The notes beneath the pieces are model-generated. The model made no database searches. It had not been told where the DNA came from and saw only the letters and a program-made list of their open reading frames with translations. From the NCBI GenBank assembly GCA_963727805.1, contig CAVSHF010000005.1, forward strand, positions 192,001 to 256,000: a DNA stretch of 64,000 bases, in the 5' to 3' direction. The DNA comes from an uncultured Nitrospiraceae bacterium. Lineage in GTDB: Bacteria > Nitrospirota > Thermodesulfovibrionia > Thermodesulfovibrionales > Dissulfurispiraceae. Shown in pieces: positions 10,376 through 21,600 of this stretch; positions within the stretch are counted from its first letter, which is position 1, and each line of letters begins with the position of its first letter. The translations under genes and the position numbers were made by a program.

Positions 10376-12406
10376 TTACTTCCAGGAGACCGTTCTATCT
10401 TTCCCCAGATTCTTTGCTTGATAAAGTGCCCTGTCAGCGTATCTGATAATATCCTCTTTCACAGCCCCACAGTCAGGATATGTCGCAATTCCGCTGCATA
10501 TTGTTATCTGCTTTTTTTGATATCGCTTCCACGTGGGCCGGAGATGGCGCTTGATATTCTCTCTGATCCTCTCAGAGACCAGAAATGCTTCTGCCTTAGT
10601 CGTTTGTGGCATAATGATTGCAAATTCTTCGCCGCCAAATCTGGCGAGAATGTCATGTGACCGCACCGTACTAGACATAACGCGGGCCATCTCTATGAGA
10701 ATACGATCTCCCGCCAGATGCCCTTCGGAATCATTGAAGAGTTTAAAATCGTCGATATCCAGGATTGTCAGAGAAAGGATAAGGTGGTATCTCTTCGCCC
10801 TTAAAAATTCCTCTTCAAGACGGATATCTAAGTATCGCCTGTTAAAGAGACCGGTGAGCGAATCAGTTATCGAAAGTTTCGTCACCTCTTCAAGGGTCTC
10901 ATGATAGGAACCCAATTTAAGAAGAGTTGATGCCTGAAATACAAAGGGAGTAAGCATTGAAATATCACTGTGTGTAAAGGGGGCTCCCGAGCATTTATCG
11001 CTCAAGTTCAAGACTCCTATCATCTCATCATCTACCTTTAAGGGCAGACTCAATGAAGACAGGGTCTTATAATGAGATCTTGGTAAGTTGCCATATTCAT
11101 TTATCTGAGCCTCGCCATTAATCAGGATAGGAGAGCCGCTTTCATAGACCCTCCCCGAGATTCCCTCACCTTTCCTTACTCTCACATTTTCCATGAACCG
11201 TCGGTTGACACCCTTCACCGCCCGAATCTCAAGCATCTCGTTATCATCAGAAATCATGAGAGAGCATCTCTCAGCATTGGCCAATTCTGATGCTTCGTTC
11301 ACTATCCCTTCGTAAAGACGAGGGCGATCTCGATACAGTGCATAAAGCGATGACGTCTTCGTCGAAATCTCATTAAATCCGGCATATTTATTCTCATATT
11401 CATCCCTCATCTGCCTTACTTCGCAAAGATAGGATGTGAGTTTGCAAAGATCACTTATAGAATCTCGGGCGACTCTGTCAAGCGAGGAATTTATTATGAC
11501 GAGAAGTCCGAATAAAGAAATCTTGGAAGAAAAAGGGAACAGATGTAGCGATGTTATCTCTTCAGGGAATCCGGTGTGCATGAGTTCGTGGCTGTCTGAA
11601 ATCGAAACAGGCATTTCTGTCACATGCGCCTTTACCAATAATCGATTATTCTCAGCAATTATTAAATCTTGAATGATTTGACTGTTTCTCCCTTCAATTA
11701 CTTGAGGAGAAAAGTGGCCGTTTGTTCGCAAAAATATTGAAGCTGTGTCTATGTCAAACAGAAAAATAACGGCATCAACGACAATCTGATAAATATTCTT
11801 TACTGAAAATTCTGAATTTATGTCCGACAGAATGCTGATAATAGTCTTTGCCTGCTGAGAGTATTTGTTCAGCTTTTCATTATCATTAACGGAAATCACC
11901 AACATCTGAAGAATAGACCGCATGTTCTCTAAATTTAAGGTCACCTTATCTAAAGGGAAGATGCGTATATCTTTAAGCCACTCATCTTCAGTTCTTTCCG
12001 TGATTCCAAGTACTCTCCCCTGCTCGCTATAATAGAATCTTTTGAAATCGGCCACGGAGATATAGTAAGCCTCTGCCACTACTATCATCGTCAATTCTTC
12101 ATAATGCAGCGGGATGAAGGTATGGTGCTGCCCTGTAATGCTTTGAACGGAAAAAGGTTCTTTCCTTACCAGAGCAAGTTTCAGCTGTCGGTCAATAAAG
12201 CTCTTATATAGTTGATACGCCTTACTGTGCGTCGTTATAACCGCCAAGAGCGGATCTTGTCTTGCTGAAGTCAGCAAGATATTCTGATTATTGTCATAGA
12301 GCGTGAAATGAAGCCCTGTCAGGCTCGATAAAGAGTCAAATCCTTTTGTAAATGCACGATCATTTATAAACTTATGCATTGTCTCAACAATTAAAGAGGC
12401 ACTCAC
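10376..12406 (-). CDS. Sensor diguanylate cyclase (PocR-like, GAF, GGDEF)
   Basis: C-terminal TDSLTGLFNRR, RSHD I-site, GGEEF; GAF (GEGISGRV, IGVLNLSDK); the PocR-like N-terminus is less certain. Confidence 0.9.
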   Translation of the reverse strand: MSASLIVETMHKFINDRAFTKGFDSLSSLTGLHFTLYDNNQNILLTSARQDPLLAVITTHSKAYQLYKSFIDRQLKLALVRKEPFSVQSITGQHHTFIPLHYEELTMIVVAEAYYISVADFKRFYYSEQGRVLGITERTEDEWLKDIRIFPLDKVTLNLENMRSILQMLVISVNDNEKLNKYSQQAKTIISILSDINSEFSVKNIYQIVVDAVIFLFDIDTASIFLRTNGHFSPQVIEGRNSQIIQDLIIAENNRLLVKAHVTEMPVSISDSHELMHTGFPEEITSLHLFPFSSKISLFGLLVIINSSLDRVARDSISDLCKLTSYLCEVRQMRDEYENKYAGFNEISTKTSSLYALYRDRPRLYEGIVNEASELANAERCSLMISDDNEMLEIRAVKGVNRRFMENVRVRKGEGISGRVYESGSPILINGEAQINEYGNLPRSHYKTLSSLSLPLKVDDEMIGVLNLSDKCSGAPFTHSDISMLTPFVFQASTLLKLGSYHETLEEVTKLSITDSLTGLFNRRYLDIRLEEEFLRAKRYHLILSLTILDIDDFKLFNDSEGHLAGDRILIEMARVMSSTVRSHDILARFGGEEFAIIMPQTTKAEAFLVSERIRENIKRHLRPTWKRYQKKQITICSGIATYPDCGAVKEDIIRYADRALYQAKNLGKDRTVSWK

Positions 12407-12822
12407 GGGGCCCCTGGAAAGTTATTATAAACGCAATAGGCATAAAGTTGATTTTCAGCATGTTCATTCTGTTTTCTTTTAAAAGCTGTCGCATATGCAA
12501 ACCTCATGGTCACGAGCGAAGAATCACGCCATTCCTAATTATAGCTGATAACGATCCCATAATAATGCCCTAGAAAGCCTAAAAATTCAAAATATAGTCA
12601 TCCGGTGATGACGGTCACAAAAAGTTTCCGATAATTCTTAGAATTCTCCGCAGCGGTATCCACAGCGACCAATTTTCACGCACATTCATCCCTGAGAGAT
12701 ACTGTATGTAATTGCCGATTAACACTGACAATTACATAAGATGTGATTAATTACTAATAAAAGTTGTATCTGCCCGCAAAGTCGGGGTTTATCATTTCCC
12801 GGCTTTCCAGTATACTATTTGC

Positions 12823-14958
12823 ATGGGATTTTTGAGCACGGTCAAGCGGGATTTTCAGATTATTTTTAAACTCGATCCGGCCGCACACGGCGCCCTCGAA
12901 GTGCTGCTTACGTATCCGGGATTTCACGCGATTTTAATGTACCGCATCGCCCACGCATTATGGGATCTTAAGGTCCCAATAATCCCGCGACTTCTTCAGC
13001 AGACCGCGCGTTTTCTTACCGGTATCGAGATACATCCCGCCGCGAAGATCGGTCCTGGCTTTTTCATCGATCACGGCATGGGTGTGGTCATCGGTGAAAC
13101 GACTGAGATCGGAGAAGAGTGCTTGCTGTATCAGGGGGTGACCCTTGGCGGGACCGGGAAAGAGAAGGGAAAGCGCCATCCAACTCTGGGGAACCACGTC
13201 GTCGTCGGCGCCGGGGCGAAGATACTCGGTCCTATGCGGATTGGAAATTATGTTAAGATAGGCGCTAACTCCGTGGTCCTCATAGAAGCGCCGGACCACT
13301 CGATCATCGTCGGTGTGCCAGGCCGGATCATAAAGAAAAAGATAATTCGTCTGGAAGATGATGGACTCGTGGAACTTCTCGACCATGTGAGACTTTTCGA
13401 CCCGATCGACGAACAGATGAATGAGTTAAAAGATCAGATCGAACGGCTTACAGAGAGGATCGACAGGATCGAAGGCAGAGGAGGAAGGATGAAAATATTC
13501 AACACATTGACTGGAAACAAGGAAGACTTTGTCCCTCTTGTGCCGGGCAAAATAGGAATGTATGCGTGCGGTGTTACTGTCTACGATTACTGCCATATTG
13601 GACACGCACGAAGCGCTATCGTCTTTGATGTCATGTCTCGATATTTCAGATATAAAGGTTTCGACATCAAGTTCGCCAGAAACTTTACAGACATCGATGA
13701 CAAGATCATCAGGCGTGCGAACGAGGAGGGTGCTTCCTGGGACGCCGTCACGAAAAAATATATCGCGGAATATTACGCCGACATGGATGCTCTTGGCGTT
13801 GCGCGTGCCGACATTGAGCCAAAGGCAACTGATCACATCCAGGAGATGATCGCGGTGATAAGCGGACTGATCGGCAAGGGTTATGCCTACGAGATGCAGG
13901 AGGGCGATAACAGGAGCGTCTACTTCGCAGTGGAGAAATTCAGCGAATACGGGAAGCTCTCTAAAAAAGACCCGAAAGACCTCTTGTCCGGTGCGCGTGT
14001 AAGCGTGGACGAACGGAAGAAGAGTCCCCTCGATTTCGCTCTCTGGAAGGCATCTAAGGAAGGTGAACCCTGGTGGGAAAGCCCCTGGGGAAAGGGAAGG
14101 CCGGGCTGGCATATCGAATGCACGGCCATGGTCATAAAGCATCTTGGCGAGTCCATCGACATCCATGGCGGCGGGGCCGACCTCATATTCCCTCACCACG
14201 AAAACGAAATAGCCCAGTCCGAGGCATACACCGGCAAACCCTTTGCCCGCTATTGGGTACATAACGGCTTTATCACCATTGACAAGGAGAAGATGTCGAA
14301 GTCACTTGGTAACTTCTTCACCATCCGCGACATCCTCGATAAATACAGTCCCGAGGTTATCAGGCTCTTCCTATTATCGAGCCAATATCGGAGCCCCATC
14401 GAGTTCTCCCATGAACAACTGCGGGATGCCGAGTCTTCGCTTGACCGCTTCTACAGCACCGTGTCAAGAATGGACGATTTTCTTGCAAGAGCCACAGATG
14501 ACGTCGGCAAAAGCATTTCACAAGGTTGTAGTCTCGAAACCATGCTCGCCGAGTTCAAAGCCCGTTTCGAAGAGGCAATGGACGACGACTTCAATACAGC
14601 ACTTGCAATGGGACTGATTTTCGAGCTCGTGAGAGAGATTAACAGGTGCCTTGATTTGCGCCCTTCCGGCAGCGATGCTGCAAAATTGCTTATAAGGGCT
14701 AAAGACCTCTTAACACATACTGGCACCATTCTCAACCTCTTTCAAAGGACCCCCCATTCATGGAATATCGACCTTCTGAAGGTCAAGAAAATATCCCTTT
14801 CGGAAAGCGATATCGAAGAGAAAATCAGGGAAAGAAAAATAGCACGCGAAAATAAAGATTGGGTGAAGGCTGATGCGGTCCGCAAGCAGCTTGAGGACAG
14901 CGGTATTATCCTCGAGGATAAAAAAGATGAGACATCATGGAAGATCAAGATCGTCTAA
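12823..14958 (+). CDS. cysE-cysS: Fused serine O-acetyltransferase / cysteine--tRNA ligase
   Basis: aa 1-222 SAT ([26 protein letters not shown]); from ATG 13489 CysRS ([40 protein letters not shown]); no stop between them. Confidence 0.95.
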   Translation: MGFLSTVKRDFQIIFKLDPAAHGALEVLLTYPGFHAILMYRIAHALWDLKVPIIPRLLQQTARFLTGIEIHPAAKIGPGFFIDHGMGVVIGETTEIGEECLLYQGVTLGGTGKEKGKRHPTLGNHVVVGAGAKILGPMRIGNYVKIGANSVVLIEAPDHSIIVGVPGRIIKKKIIRLEDDGLVELLDHVRLFDPIDEQMNELKDQIERLTERIDRIEGRGGRMKIFNTLTGNKEDFVPLVPGKIGMYACGVTVYDYCHIGHARSAIVFDVMSRYFRYKGFDIKFARNFTDIDDKIIRRANEEGASWDAVTKKYIAEYYADMDALGVARADIEPKATDHIQEMIAVISGLIGKGYAYEMQEGDNRSVYFAVEKFSEYGKLSKKDPKDLLSGARVSVDERKKSPLDFALWKASKEGEPWWESPWGKGRPGWHIECTAMVIKHLGESIDIHGGGADLIFPHHENEIAQSEAYTGKPFARYWVHNGFITIDKEKMSKSLGNFFTIRDILDKYSPEVIRLFLLSSQYRSPIEFSHEQLRDAESSLDRFYSTVSRMDDFLARATDDVGKSISQGCSLETMLAEFKARFEEAMDDDFNTALAMGLIFELVREINRCLDLRPSGSDAAKLLIRAKDLLTHTGTILNLFQRTPHSWNIDLLKVKKISLSESDIEEKIRERKIARENKDWVKADAVRKQLEDSGIILEDKKDETSWKIKIV

Positions 14959-15724
14959 TAGAGACCAAACATCGGCCCGATCTCCTCAGAAGGAAGACCT
15001 CTACATTTACGGGCTCAATCCAGTTACCGAGGCGCTGAAAGCGGGGATCACTATCCGCAGCCTCTTTGTGCACGGGCAGACGGCGAAACATATGCTCTCT
15101 CTCATAGAACTAGCCGAGTCGAAGCGCATTCCGATAAAGTTTGTTGAAAAGGATTTCTTTCAAAGCAGGTTCGACAAAGGCCATCAGGGGATTGCTGCAG
15201 CCATCGCACCAAAGAAAGCCCTCGATATCGAGGAACTTATTGATCGCGCCTTCCGGAAAAGTGCGACACCTCTTTTTCTCGTACTGGATTGCATCGAAGA
15301 CCCGCGCAATTTTGGGGCAATCCTGCGTGTTGCCGATGCGGCAGGAGTCGACGGCGTCGTCTTCCAAACCCGGAGGTCTGCGGGCTTAACACCTGTCGTC
15401 TACAAGGCTTCCGCGGGAGCGATCGTGCATGTGAATCTCGCTGAAGTGGTCAATATCAAGCATGCACTTACGCAGATGAAGGAGAGAAATATTACCATAA
15501 TAGGTGCTGAAGCTGACTCACCGTCGAGTTTGTGGGACATCGAGATGAAAGTGCCGCTGGCGGTAATCGTCGGCTCCGAAGGCGAAGGCATACGGCGCAC
15601 CGTCAGGGACATGTGTGACACAGTTGTGAACCTTCCGATGCAAGGGACGGTGAACTCGCTGAATGTCTCTGTTGCAACCGGTATTATAACTTATGAAGTA
15701 ATGAGACAGCGGCTCCATCCATAA
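14927..15724 (+). CDS. rlmB: 23S rRNA (G2251-2'-O)-methyltransferase
   Basis: [38 protein letters not shown] motifs; cysS-rlmB gene order. Confidence 0.93.
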   Translation: MRHHGRSRSSNRDQTSARSPQKEDLYIYGLNPVTEALKAGITIRSLFVHGQTAKHMLSLIELAESKRIPIKFVEKDFFQSRFDKGHQGIAAAIAPKKALDIEELIDRAFRKSATPLFLVLDCIEDPRNFGAILRVADAAGVDGVVFQTRRSAGLTPVVYKASAGAIVHVNLAEVVNIKHALTQMKERNITIIGAEADSPSSLWDIEMKVPLAVIVGSEGEGIRRTVRDMCDTVVNLPMQGTVNSLNVSVATGIITYEVMRQRLHP

Positions 15725-15725
15725 T

Positions 15726-17210
15726 CTAGACTTTGTCCTTTATCCATGTAGGTTTCGGACCTTTTTTCATGCTCTCCACCTTCTCTTCAACGAACTTAGT
15801 CTGGAACATGATCCTCAGATCGTTCGGATTATATGAAGTACTCAGCGCGTCCTCCTTGGTGAGGGTTCCCTCCTTCACGAGCTGGAACAGGTGCTGGTTA
15901 AAGGTCTGCATTTTATAGAGTTTCGCCGACTCCTCGATCGTCTTGTCAATCAGGTCGAGCTTCTCTTCAATGATCAGCTTCCTGACGGTAGGCGTATTGA
16001 TCATTATCTCCATCACAGCCGTCCTTCCTGAACCATCAGATGCCTTGATCAGTTTCTGGGCGACTGTCGCGACAAGGGACATGGCGGTCCTGATCCTTAT
16101 ATGGTTCTGCTGGGAAGGTTCGAAGGCATCGATGATCCTGCTTATAGATTGTTTGGCATAGGTCGTGTGCAGCGTGCTCATGACGATGTGGCCGGTTTCC
16201 GACGCCGTGAGAGCTGTGTGTATCGTTTCCGGATCCCTCATCTCACCCACCAAGATGATGTCGGGGTCCTGCCTAAGCGCATGCTTAAGTGCTTCGGAAA
16301 AAGAACGGGTGTCGCTTCCAACTTCTCGCTGATTGATAACACATCTCCTGTCCTCGTGAAGAAACTCGATCGGGTCTTCGATAGTCACGATGTGTTTGTC
16401 CACCCTTTTATTGAGATAATCCACCATAGCGGCCAAGGTCGTCGACTTCCCGCTTCCGGTCGGCCCTGTCACGAGAATCAGCCCTTGTTCCCTGGCAACC
16501 AGCTCCTTCAGCACCTCGGGAAGTCCAAGTTCTTCGAGTGTCGCAATTTTGATCGGGATGACTCTGAAGACGCCACCGATTTTATCCATCTGGTAGAAAT
16601 AACTGCCCCTGAAACGGGCCAAATCTTCGATGAGATATGAGAAGTCAAGCTCGCGGTCTCTTTCGAGCTTCTCGCGCTGAACACCGTTAAGTATCGGCAG
16701 AAGCAAGTCTTCCATGTCCTTTCTGCCGACAACCGGAAACTCGGTGGGCAACAGATCTCCCCTGATCCTGAAAAGCGGCGGTCTTCCCACTTTCAAATGG
16801 AGGTCAGAGCCTCCCCTTTTGATCAGTTCCCTTAGATAAAAATTCAAATTGGGTTCCGACTTGGCTGTCGAGACTTTTCCGAGGGATGCCTTGCCCCCAG
16901 GCAAGTGTTCAGGAGCAAGCCTCATTACAGCTCCAAGCATTCCTTCCTGATAAAAAAGGCTACATCGAAGCTGGATAGTCCCCTGGAAATCATACGTGAA
17001 ATCGACAGCCTTGCGGTTTTTGAGAATCTGCTTCTGATTGTCGGTAAGCATTGGCCCGATGAGTATTTCCAGTGCCCTCTGAGTGAGCGGCGGAAAGTCC
17101 ATTTGTAGCGGATTGCCTTCGATCCGAATTATTGGGGGTCTACCCACCTTCAGATGCAGGTCGCTCCCTCCCTTTTCCATCAATACTTTCAGATAATCGT
17201 CAATGATCAT
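15726..17210 (-). CDS. PilT/PilU-family type IV pilus retraction ATPase with duplicated N-terminal domain
   Basis: Two copies of GGSDLHLKVGRPP; Walker A GPTGSGKSTT; TIEDPIE; LRQDPDIILVGEMRD; STLHT. Confidence 0.9.
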   Translation of the reverse strand: MIIDDYLKVLMEKGGSDLHLKVGRPPIIRIEGNPLQMDFPPLTQRALEILIGPMLTDNQKQILKNRKAVDFTYDFQGTIQLRCSLFYQEGMLGAVMRLAPEHLPGGKASLGKVSTAKSEPNLNFYLRELIKRGGSDLHLKVGRPPLFRIRGDLLPTEFPVVGRKDMEDLLLPILNGVQREKLERDRELDFSYLIEDLARFRGSYFYQMDKIGGVFRVIPIKIATLEELGLPEVLKELVAREQGLILVTGPTGSGKSTTLAAMVDYLNKRVDKHIVTIEDPIEFLHEDRRCVINQREVGSDTRSFSEALKHALRQDPDIILVGEMRDPETIHTALTASETGHIVMSTLHTTYAKQSISRIIDAFEPSQQNHIRIRTAMSLVATVAQKLIKASDGSGRTAVMEIMINTPTVRKLIIEEKLDLIDKTIEESAKLYKMQTFNQHLFQLVKEGTLTKEDALSTSYNPNDLRIMFQTKFVEEKVESMKKGPKPTWIKDKV

Positions 17211-17225
17211 TTAATCGCCCCCTTT

Positions 17226-18302
17226 CTACTGGGCCTTGATGCCCATGGAGGCCAATTTGAGCCTCAGGGTATCCGGGTTGTTTGTCTTCGAGAAAGCGTC
17301 GTCTATTGTGATCAGCCTGTCTCGCACGAGTTCGGCCAGTGACGTTTCGAGCGTACTCATCCCCTGTTTTGCACCTGTTTCGATCGCTGAATATATCTGG
17401 TGTGTCTTGCCTTCCCTGATAAGATTCGAGATGGCATGAGTTACGATCATCAACTCCCGTGCGGCAACACGCCCCTTGCCGTCCGCCTTCGGTAGAAGCT
17501 GTTGGCACATGACTGCCTTGAGTGTGGAGGCAAGCTGCACCCTCATCTGCTGCTGTTGGTGAGGGGGGAAGACGTCAATAACCCTGTCGACTGTCTGTGG
17601 CGCATCCTGGGTATGGAGAGTTGCAAAAACGAGGTGCCCCGTTTCGGCGGAGGTTACAGCAAGTGCAATCGTTTCAAGATCTCTCATTTCGCCCACAAGG
17701 ATTACATCGGGATCCTGCCTGAGACAATGCTTCAGCGCATCGGAAAAAGAATGCGTATTCATCCCCACTTCACGCTGCCTGACGATACAGTTCTTATGCT
17801 CGAAAACAAACTCTATCGGATCCTCTATTGTAATGATATGTTCACGTCTTTCAGTATTGATGATGTCGATCATGCTTGCAAGGGTAGTTGATTTACCGGA
17901 GCCTGTCGGACCGGTCACCAGTATCAGCCCCCTCGGCAATTTAGTCAGCGCAACAGCTGCGTCCGAGAGTCGTATGTCCTTGGGCGATGGGATTTTGCTT
18001 GGTATAAGCCTCAATACCGCCTCGATCCCATTCTTCTGCGAGAGGACATTTACCCTAAACCTGCTCAACCCGGGCACGTTATAGGAAAAATCGAGTTCAA
18101 GTTTTTCTTCGAACCTGCCAATCTGATCCTGATAGAGCATGCTGTAAATCAGCCCCTTCGACATTTCTTCAGTTAAAACGGGAAACTGTTTTAGCGGGTG
18201 CATACTTCCGTTGATTCTGACCATCGGCGGTCTGCCTACCACAATATGGACATCGGAAGCCTTAGCCTGCGCCCCCGCCACCAGGATGTCAATCATCTCC
18301 AT
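17226..18302 (-). CDS. pilT: Twitching motility ATPase PilT
   Basis: GPTGSGKSTT, LRQDPDVILVGEMRD, AISNLIREGK (AIRNLIRE-like); AGGAGG SD before ATG 18302. Confidence 0.93.
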   Translation of the reverse strand: MEMIDILVAGAQAKASDVHIVVGRPPMVRINGSMHPLKQFPVLTEEMSKGLIYSMLYQDQIGRFEEKLELDFSYNVPGLSRFRVNVLSQKNGIEAVLRLIPSKIPSPKDIRLSDAAVALTKLPRGLILVTGPTGSGKSTTLASMIDIINTERREHIITIEDPIEFVFEHKNCIVRQREVGMNTHSFSDALKHCLRQDPDVILVGEMRDLETIALAVTSAETGHLVFATLHTQDAPQTVDRVIDVFPPHQQQQMRVQLASTLKAVMCQQLLPKADGKGRVAARELMIVTHAISNLIREGKTHQIYSAIETGAKQGMSTLETSLAELVRDRLITIDDAFSKTNNPDTLRLKLASMGIKAQ

Positions 18303-18432
18303 AACAGCTACCCTCCTATGATAGGCCGGCCGGCCCAAAACTATCTAAAACACATCTTAAATTATACCATAATAGCCGCCTTACAAATATCAATTGCTTG
18401 CATAAATCACCACTTTTTTCTAGTATAAAAAG

Positions 18433-21102
18433 ATGGTTGATCTATTGAAGAAAATATTCGGTACCAAGAATGAACGTGAATTAAAGAGACTTTTCAAGGT
18501 CGTCGATGACATCAACGGGCTTGAACCCGGCATTTTACCCTTGAGCAACGAAGAGCTAGCGGCGAAGACCGTCGAATTCAAGCGTCTCCTTGGCGAAGGC
18601 AAAGCAGTCGATGATCTCCTGAACGAATCATTTGCCGTTGTGAGGGAAGCTTCGAAGCGTGTCCTCAACATGCGGCATTTCGATGTTCAGCTCATTGGAG
18701 GCGTTGTCCTTCATGAAGGGAAGATAGCTGAGATGAAGACGGGTGAAGGGAAAACGCTGGTGGCGACGCTCCCGGTCTATCTGAACGCCCTCGATGGCAA
18801 GGGTGTCCATGTCGTGACCGTCAATGATTACCTTGCCAAGAGAGACGCCCAGTGGATGGGAAAGGTATATCATTTTCTCGGTCTCTCAGTCGGGGTAATC
18901 CAGCACGATCTATCGTTTTTCTTCGATCCCGGATATCGTTCGGCCGATAAGAGATTTGATTTTCTGAGGCCCTGCAGCAGGAGAGATGCGTATTATGCCG
19001 ATATTACCTACGGGACCAACAACGAGTTCGGCTTCGACTATCTCCGCGACAATATGAAATACGATCTCTCCGACTTCAGCCAGAGAGAACTGAATTACGC
19101 CATCGTTGACGAAGTCGACAGCATCCTTATCGACGAAGCGCGAACCCCTCTGATTATATCTGGACCTTCCGAGGAGTCGACTGACAAGTATTACAAGATA
19201 AACAGGATTATCCCAAGCCTCAAGATTGACGCCGACTTCAAGATCGATGAAAAGCTCAAGACCGTCACCCTGAACGAATCTGGAAACGCAAAGGTCGAGC
19301 GTTTGCTCGGTGTGTCCAATCTGTACGACCCGTCGAATATCGAACTGGTGCACCATGTGCTTCAGGCTTTGAGGGCGCATCACCTTTATAAATTAGACGT
19401 AGAATATGTGGTAAAAGATGGAGAGGTCGTCATTGTCGATGAATTCACCGGAAGGCTTATGCCCGGAAGGCGCTGGAGCGATGGTCTCCACCAGGCGATT
19501 GAAGCGAAAGAAGGTGTCAAGATAGCCAGCGAGAACCAGACGCTCGCCACGATCACCTTTCAGAACCTCTTCAGGATGTACGGCAAGCTCGCCGGAATGA
19601 CAGGAACCGCCGACACCGAGGCGTCGGAATTCGCCCAGATTTACAACCTCGAAGTATTGGTGATCCCTACCAACAAGCAGATGAGAAGATCCGATCATCC
19701 TGATGTTGTTTATAAAAACCAGAATGGCAAATTTAACGCCGTCATCGGTGAGATCGAAGAGTGTCACAAGAAAGGCCAGCCGGTCCTTGTCGGAACGACC
19801 TCGATCGAAAAATCGGAGATTCTCAGCAATCTCTTAAAAAAGAAACAAATAAAGCACGCAGTCTTGAATGCCAAATTTCACGAGAAGGAGGCAGAGATCG
19901 TTGCCCAAGCTGGCAGATATGGCGCCGTAACCATCGCCACTAACATGGCGGGGAGAGGGACTGATATCGTGCTCGGCGGAAACCCGGACGGACTGGTGGA
20001 AGACATCCTGAAAGGCAAGGACTCTACTACCGAGGAAGAATTCAATGCAGCCCATGTAAAAGCGCTCGAAATCTGTCTACGTGAAAGGGAACAGGTTGTG
20101 GATGCCGGCGGACTCAACATCATTGGCACCGAGCGCCATGAAGCGCGAAGGATCGATAATCAACTCCGCGGCAGATCGGGTAGGCAGGGCGACCCAGGAT
20201 CGTCGAGATTCTACCTCTCGCTCGAAGACGACCTCATGCGCATCTTTGGCTCAGACAAGATCAACAGCCTTATGACCCTGCTGAAGATGGACGAAGACAT
20301 GCCAATCGAAAATAAGATGGTCACAAAGGCGATAGAGAACGCACAGAAGAAAGTCGAGGGTCACAATTTCGATATCAGAAAGCATCTCCTGGAATATGAC
20401 GATGTCATGAACAAACAGCGCACTGAGATCTATTCCTTCAGGCGCGAAATCCTGTTAAGCGAATCGTTGAAGCCCAAGATATTCGATATGATCGAGGATG
20501 TGGTCGACGAGTTGCTTTTTGTCTATTGCCCTGAAGACCGTTACGACGAGTGGGACAATGCTGGCCTTGCCGTCGCCCTTGAAGGCTCGTTCGCGATCAA
20601 ACCATCCCTGAATGCTTTCAAAGGGATTGATGACCTGAAGAGTCTCATCATCTCGTCGCTACAGGACGCTTACGAGAAGAAAGAGGTTGAGTCAGGTGCC
20701 GAGATAATGCGCTATCTCGAAAAGATGATACTCCTGCAGGTTATAGACGCACAATGGAAAGATCACCTCCTGAATATAGATCACCTGAAGGAGGGGATAG
20801 GGCTCCGTGGGTACGCCCAGAAAGACCCTCTTGTCGAATACAAGAAGGAGGCATTCGAACTCTTTGCGGAAATGTCAGATCGCATTAAGTCTGAGGCCCT
20901 TATGCGGCTCTACAAAATACAGGTTGTACACGAAGAAGCCGAGGTCAAGATAAAAAAAGAACAGCAACGTCTTGTCTACAACAAGTCGGAGGGCGGGGAC
21001 GGTCCAAGGAGGCCCTCTGCGAGGGAACAAAAGGTTGGGAGAAATGAACCCTGCCCTTGCGGCAGCGGGAAAAAATACAAAAAGTGCTGTGCAAACAAAT
21101 AA
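18433..21102 (+). CDS. secA: Preprotein translocase ATPase SecA
   Basis: [38 protein letters not shown]-terminal [22 protein letters not shown]. Confidence 0.99.
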   Translation: MVDLLKKIFGTKNERELKRLFKVVDDINGLEPGILPLSNEELAAKTVEFKRLLGEGKAVDDLLNESFAVVREASKRVLNMRHFDVQLIGGVVLHEGKIAEMKTGEGKTLVATLPVYLNALDGKGVHVVTVNDYLAKRDAQWMGKVYHFLGLSVGVIQHDLSFFFDPGYRSADKRFDFLRPCSRRDAYYADITYGTNNEFGFDYLRDNMKYDLSDFSQRELNYAIVDEVDSILIDEARTPLIISGPSEESTDKYYKINRIIPSLKIDADFKIDEKLKTVTLNESGNAKVERLLGVSNLYDPSNIELVHHVLQALRAHHLYKLDVEYVVKDGEVVIVDEFTGRLMPGRRWSDGLHQAIEAKEGVKIASENQTLATITFQNLFRMYGKLAGMTGTADTEASEFAQIYNLEVLVIPTNKQMRRSDHPDVVYKNQNGKFNAVIGEIEECHKKGQPVLVGTTSIEKSEILSNLLKKKQIKHAVLNAKFHEKEAEIVAQAGRYGAVTIATNMAGRGTDIVLGGNPDGLVEDILKGKDSTTEEEFNAAHVKALEICLREREQVVDAGGLNIIGTERHEARRIDNQLRGRSGRQGDPGSSRFYLSLEDDLMRIFGSDKINSLMTLLKMDEDMPIENKMVTKAIENAQKKVEGHNFDIRKHLLEYDDVMNKQRTEIYSFRREILLSESLKPKIFDMIEDVVDELLFVYCPEDRYDEWDNAGLAVALEGSFAIKPSLNAFKGIDDLKSLIISSLQDAYEKKEVESGAEIMRYLEKMILLQVIDAQWKDHLLNIDHLKEGIGLRGYAQKDPLVEYKKEAFELFAEMSDRIKSEALMRLYKIQVVHEEAEVKIKKEQQRLVYNKSEGGDGPRRPSAREQKVGRNEPCPCGSGKKYKKCCANK

Positions 21103-21135
21103 TTCATAAGATCGTGCAAAAAAGGAAGATCGGGT

Positions 21136-21537
21136 ATGAGGGATACGAATCAACGAAAATTTGAAAGGGTTGAGACACATGTAAAAGTGAAATTGCCGGG
21201 TGATGTGGCTTGGACTGAATGTATCAACTCCAATGTCAGCGGTGGCGGTCTCTTTTTCGAAGCTGCGAAACCATTAAATACGGGGGATTTCGTTAACCTT
21301 CAGTTTATGCTCCAGGCCAGGTCTGGGACCCTTTCCAATGTCCATTTCTTCGCTTCCGCCAAGGTCATCAGGATCACGCCGGGAAACAAAGGGTTCCATG
21401 TCGCTGTCGAATTTATCGTCGACGAAGATGTGAGAAAAGAGATACTTAAGCTTATTGAGAAGATAAAGAGCGAGAGCCTCAAGGTCGAGCGTCCGACCAC
21501 CCACGATGCCGTACTCCATAAGCTCAAGCCGGAATAA
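21136..21537 (+). CDS. PilZ-domain protein
   Basis: RKFER (RxxxR), NVSGGG, AKVIR...AVEF. Confidence 0.85.
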   Translation: MRDTNQRKFERVETHVKVKLPGDVAWTECINSNVSGGGLFFEAAKPLNTGDFVNLQFMLQARSGTLSNVHFFASAKVIRITPGNKGFHVAVEFIVDEDVRKEILKLIEKIKSESLKVERPTTHDAVLHKLKPE

Positions 21538-21556
21538 TCTTTAATGGCTCCGCCAT

Positions 21557-21579
21557 CCTCCTCTGAAGCAAAGAGGAGG
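21557..21579. terminator. Hairpin between convergent genes
   Basis: CCTCCTCT-N7-AGAGGAGG; no clear U-tract. Confidence 0.4.
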
Positions 21580-21600
21580 CACCAAGTGATTATGATTCCA

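Noticed and set aside
12410..12822. T-box leader upstream of cysE-cysS (and of tyrS)
   Set aside because: No GGTGGNACC-type T-box or terminator seen; the -10 boxes sit right next to the start codons
13426..14262. Long antisense or alternate-frame ORFs (e.g. 278 aa opposite cysS, 199 aa opposite glgB)
   Set aside because: Shadow ORFs of well-conserved genes, with no independent signals
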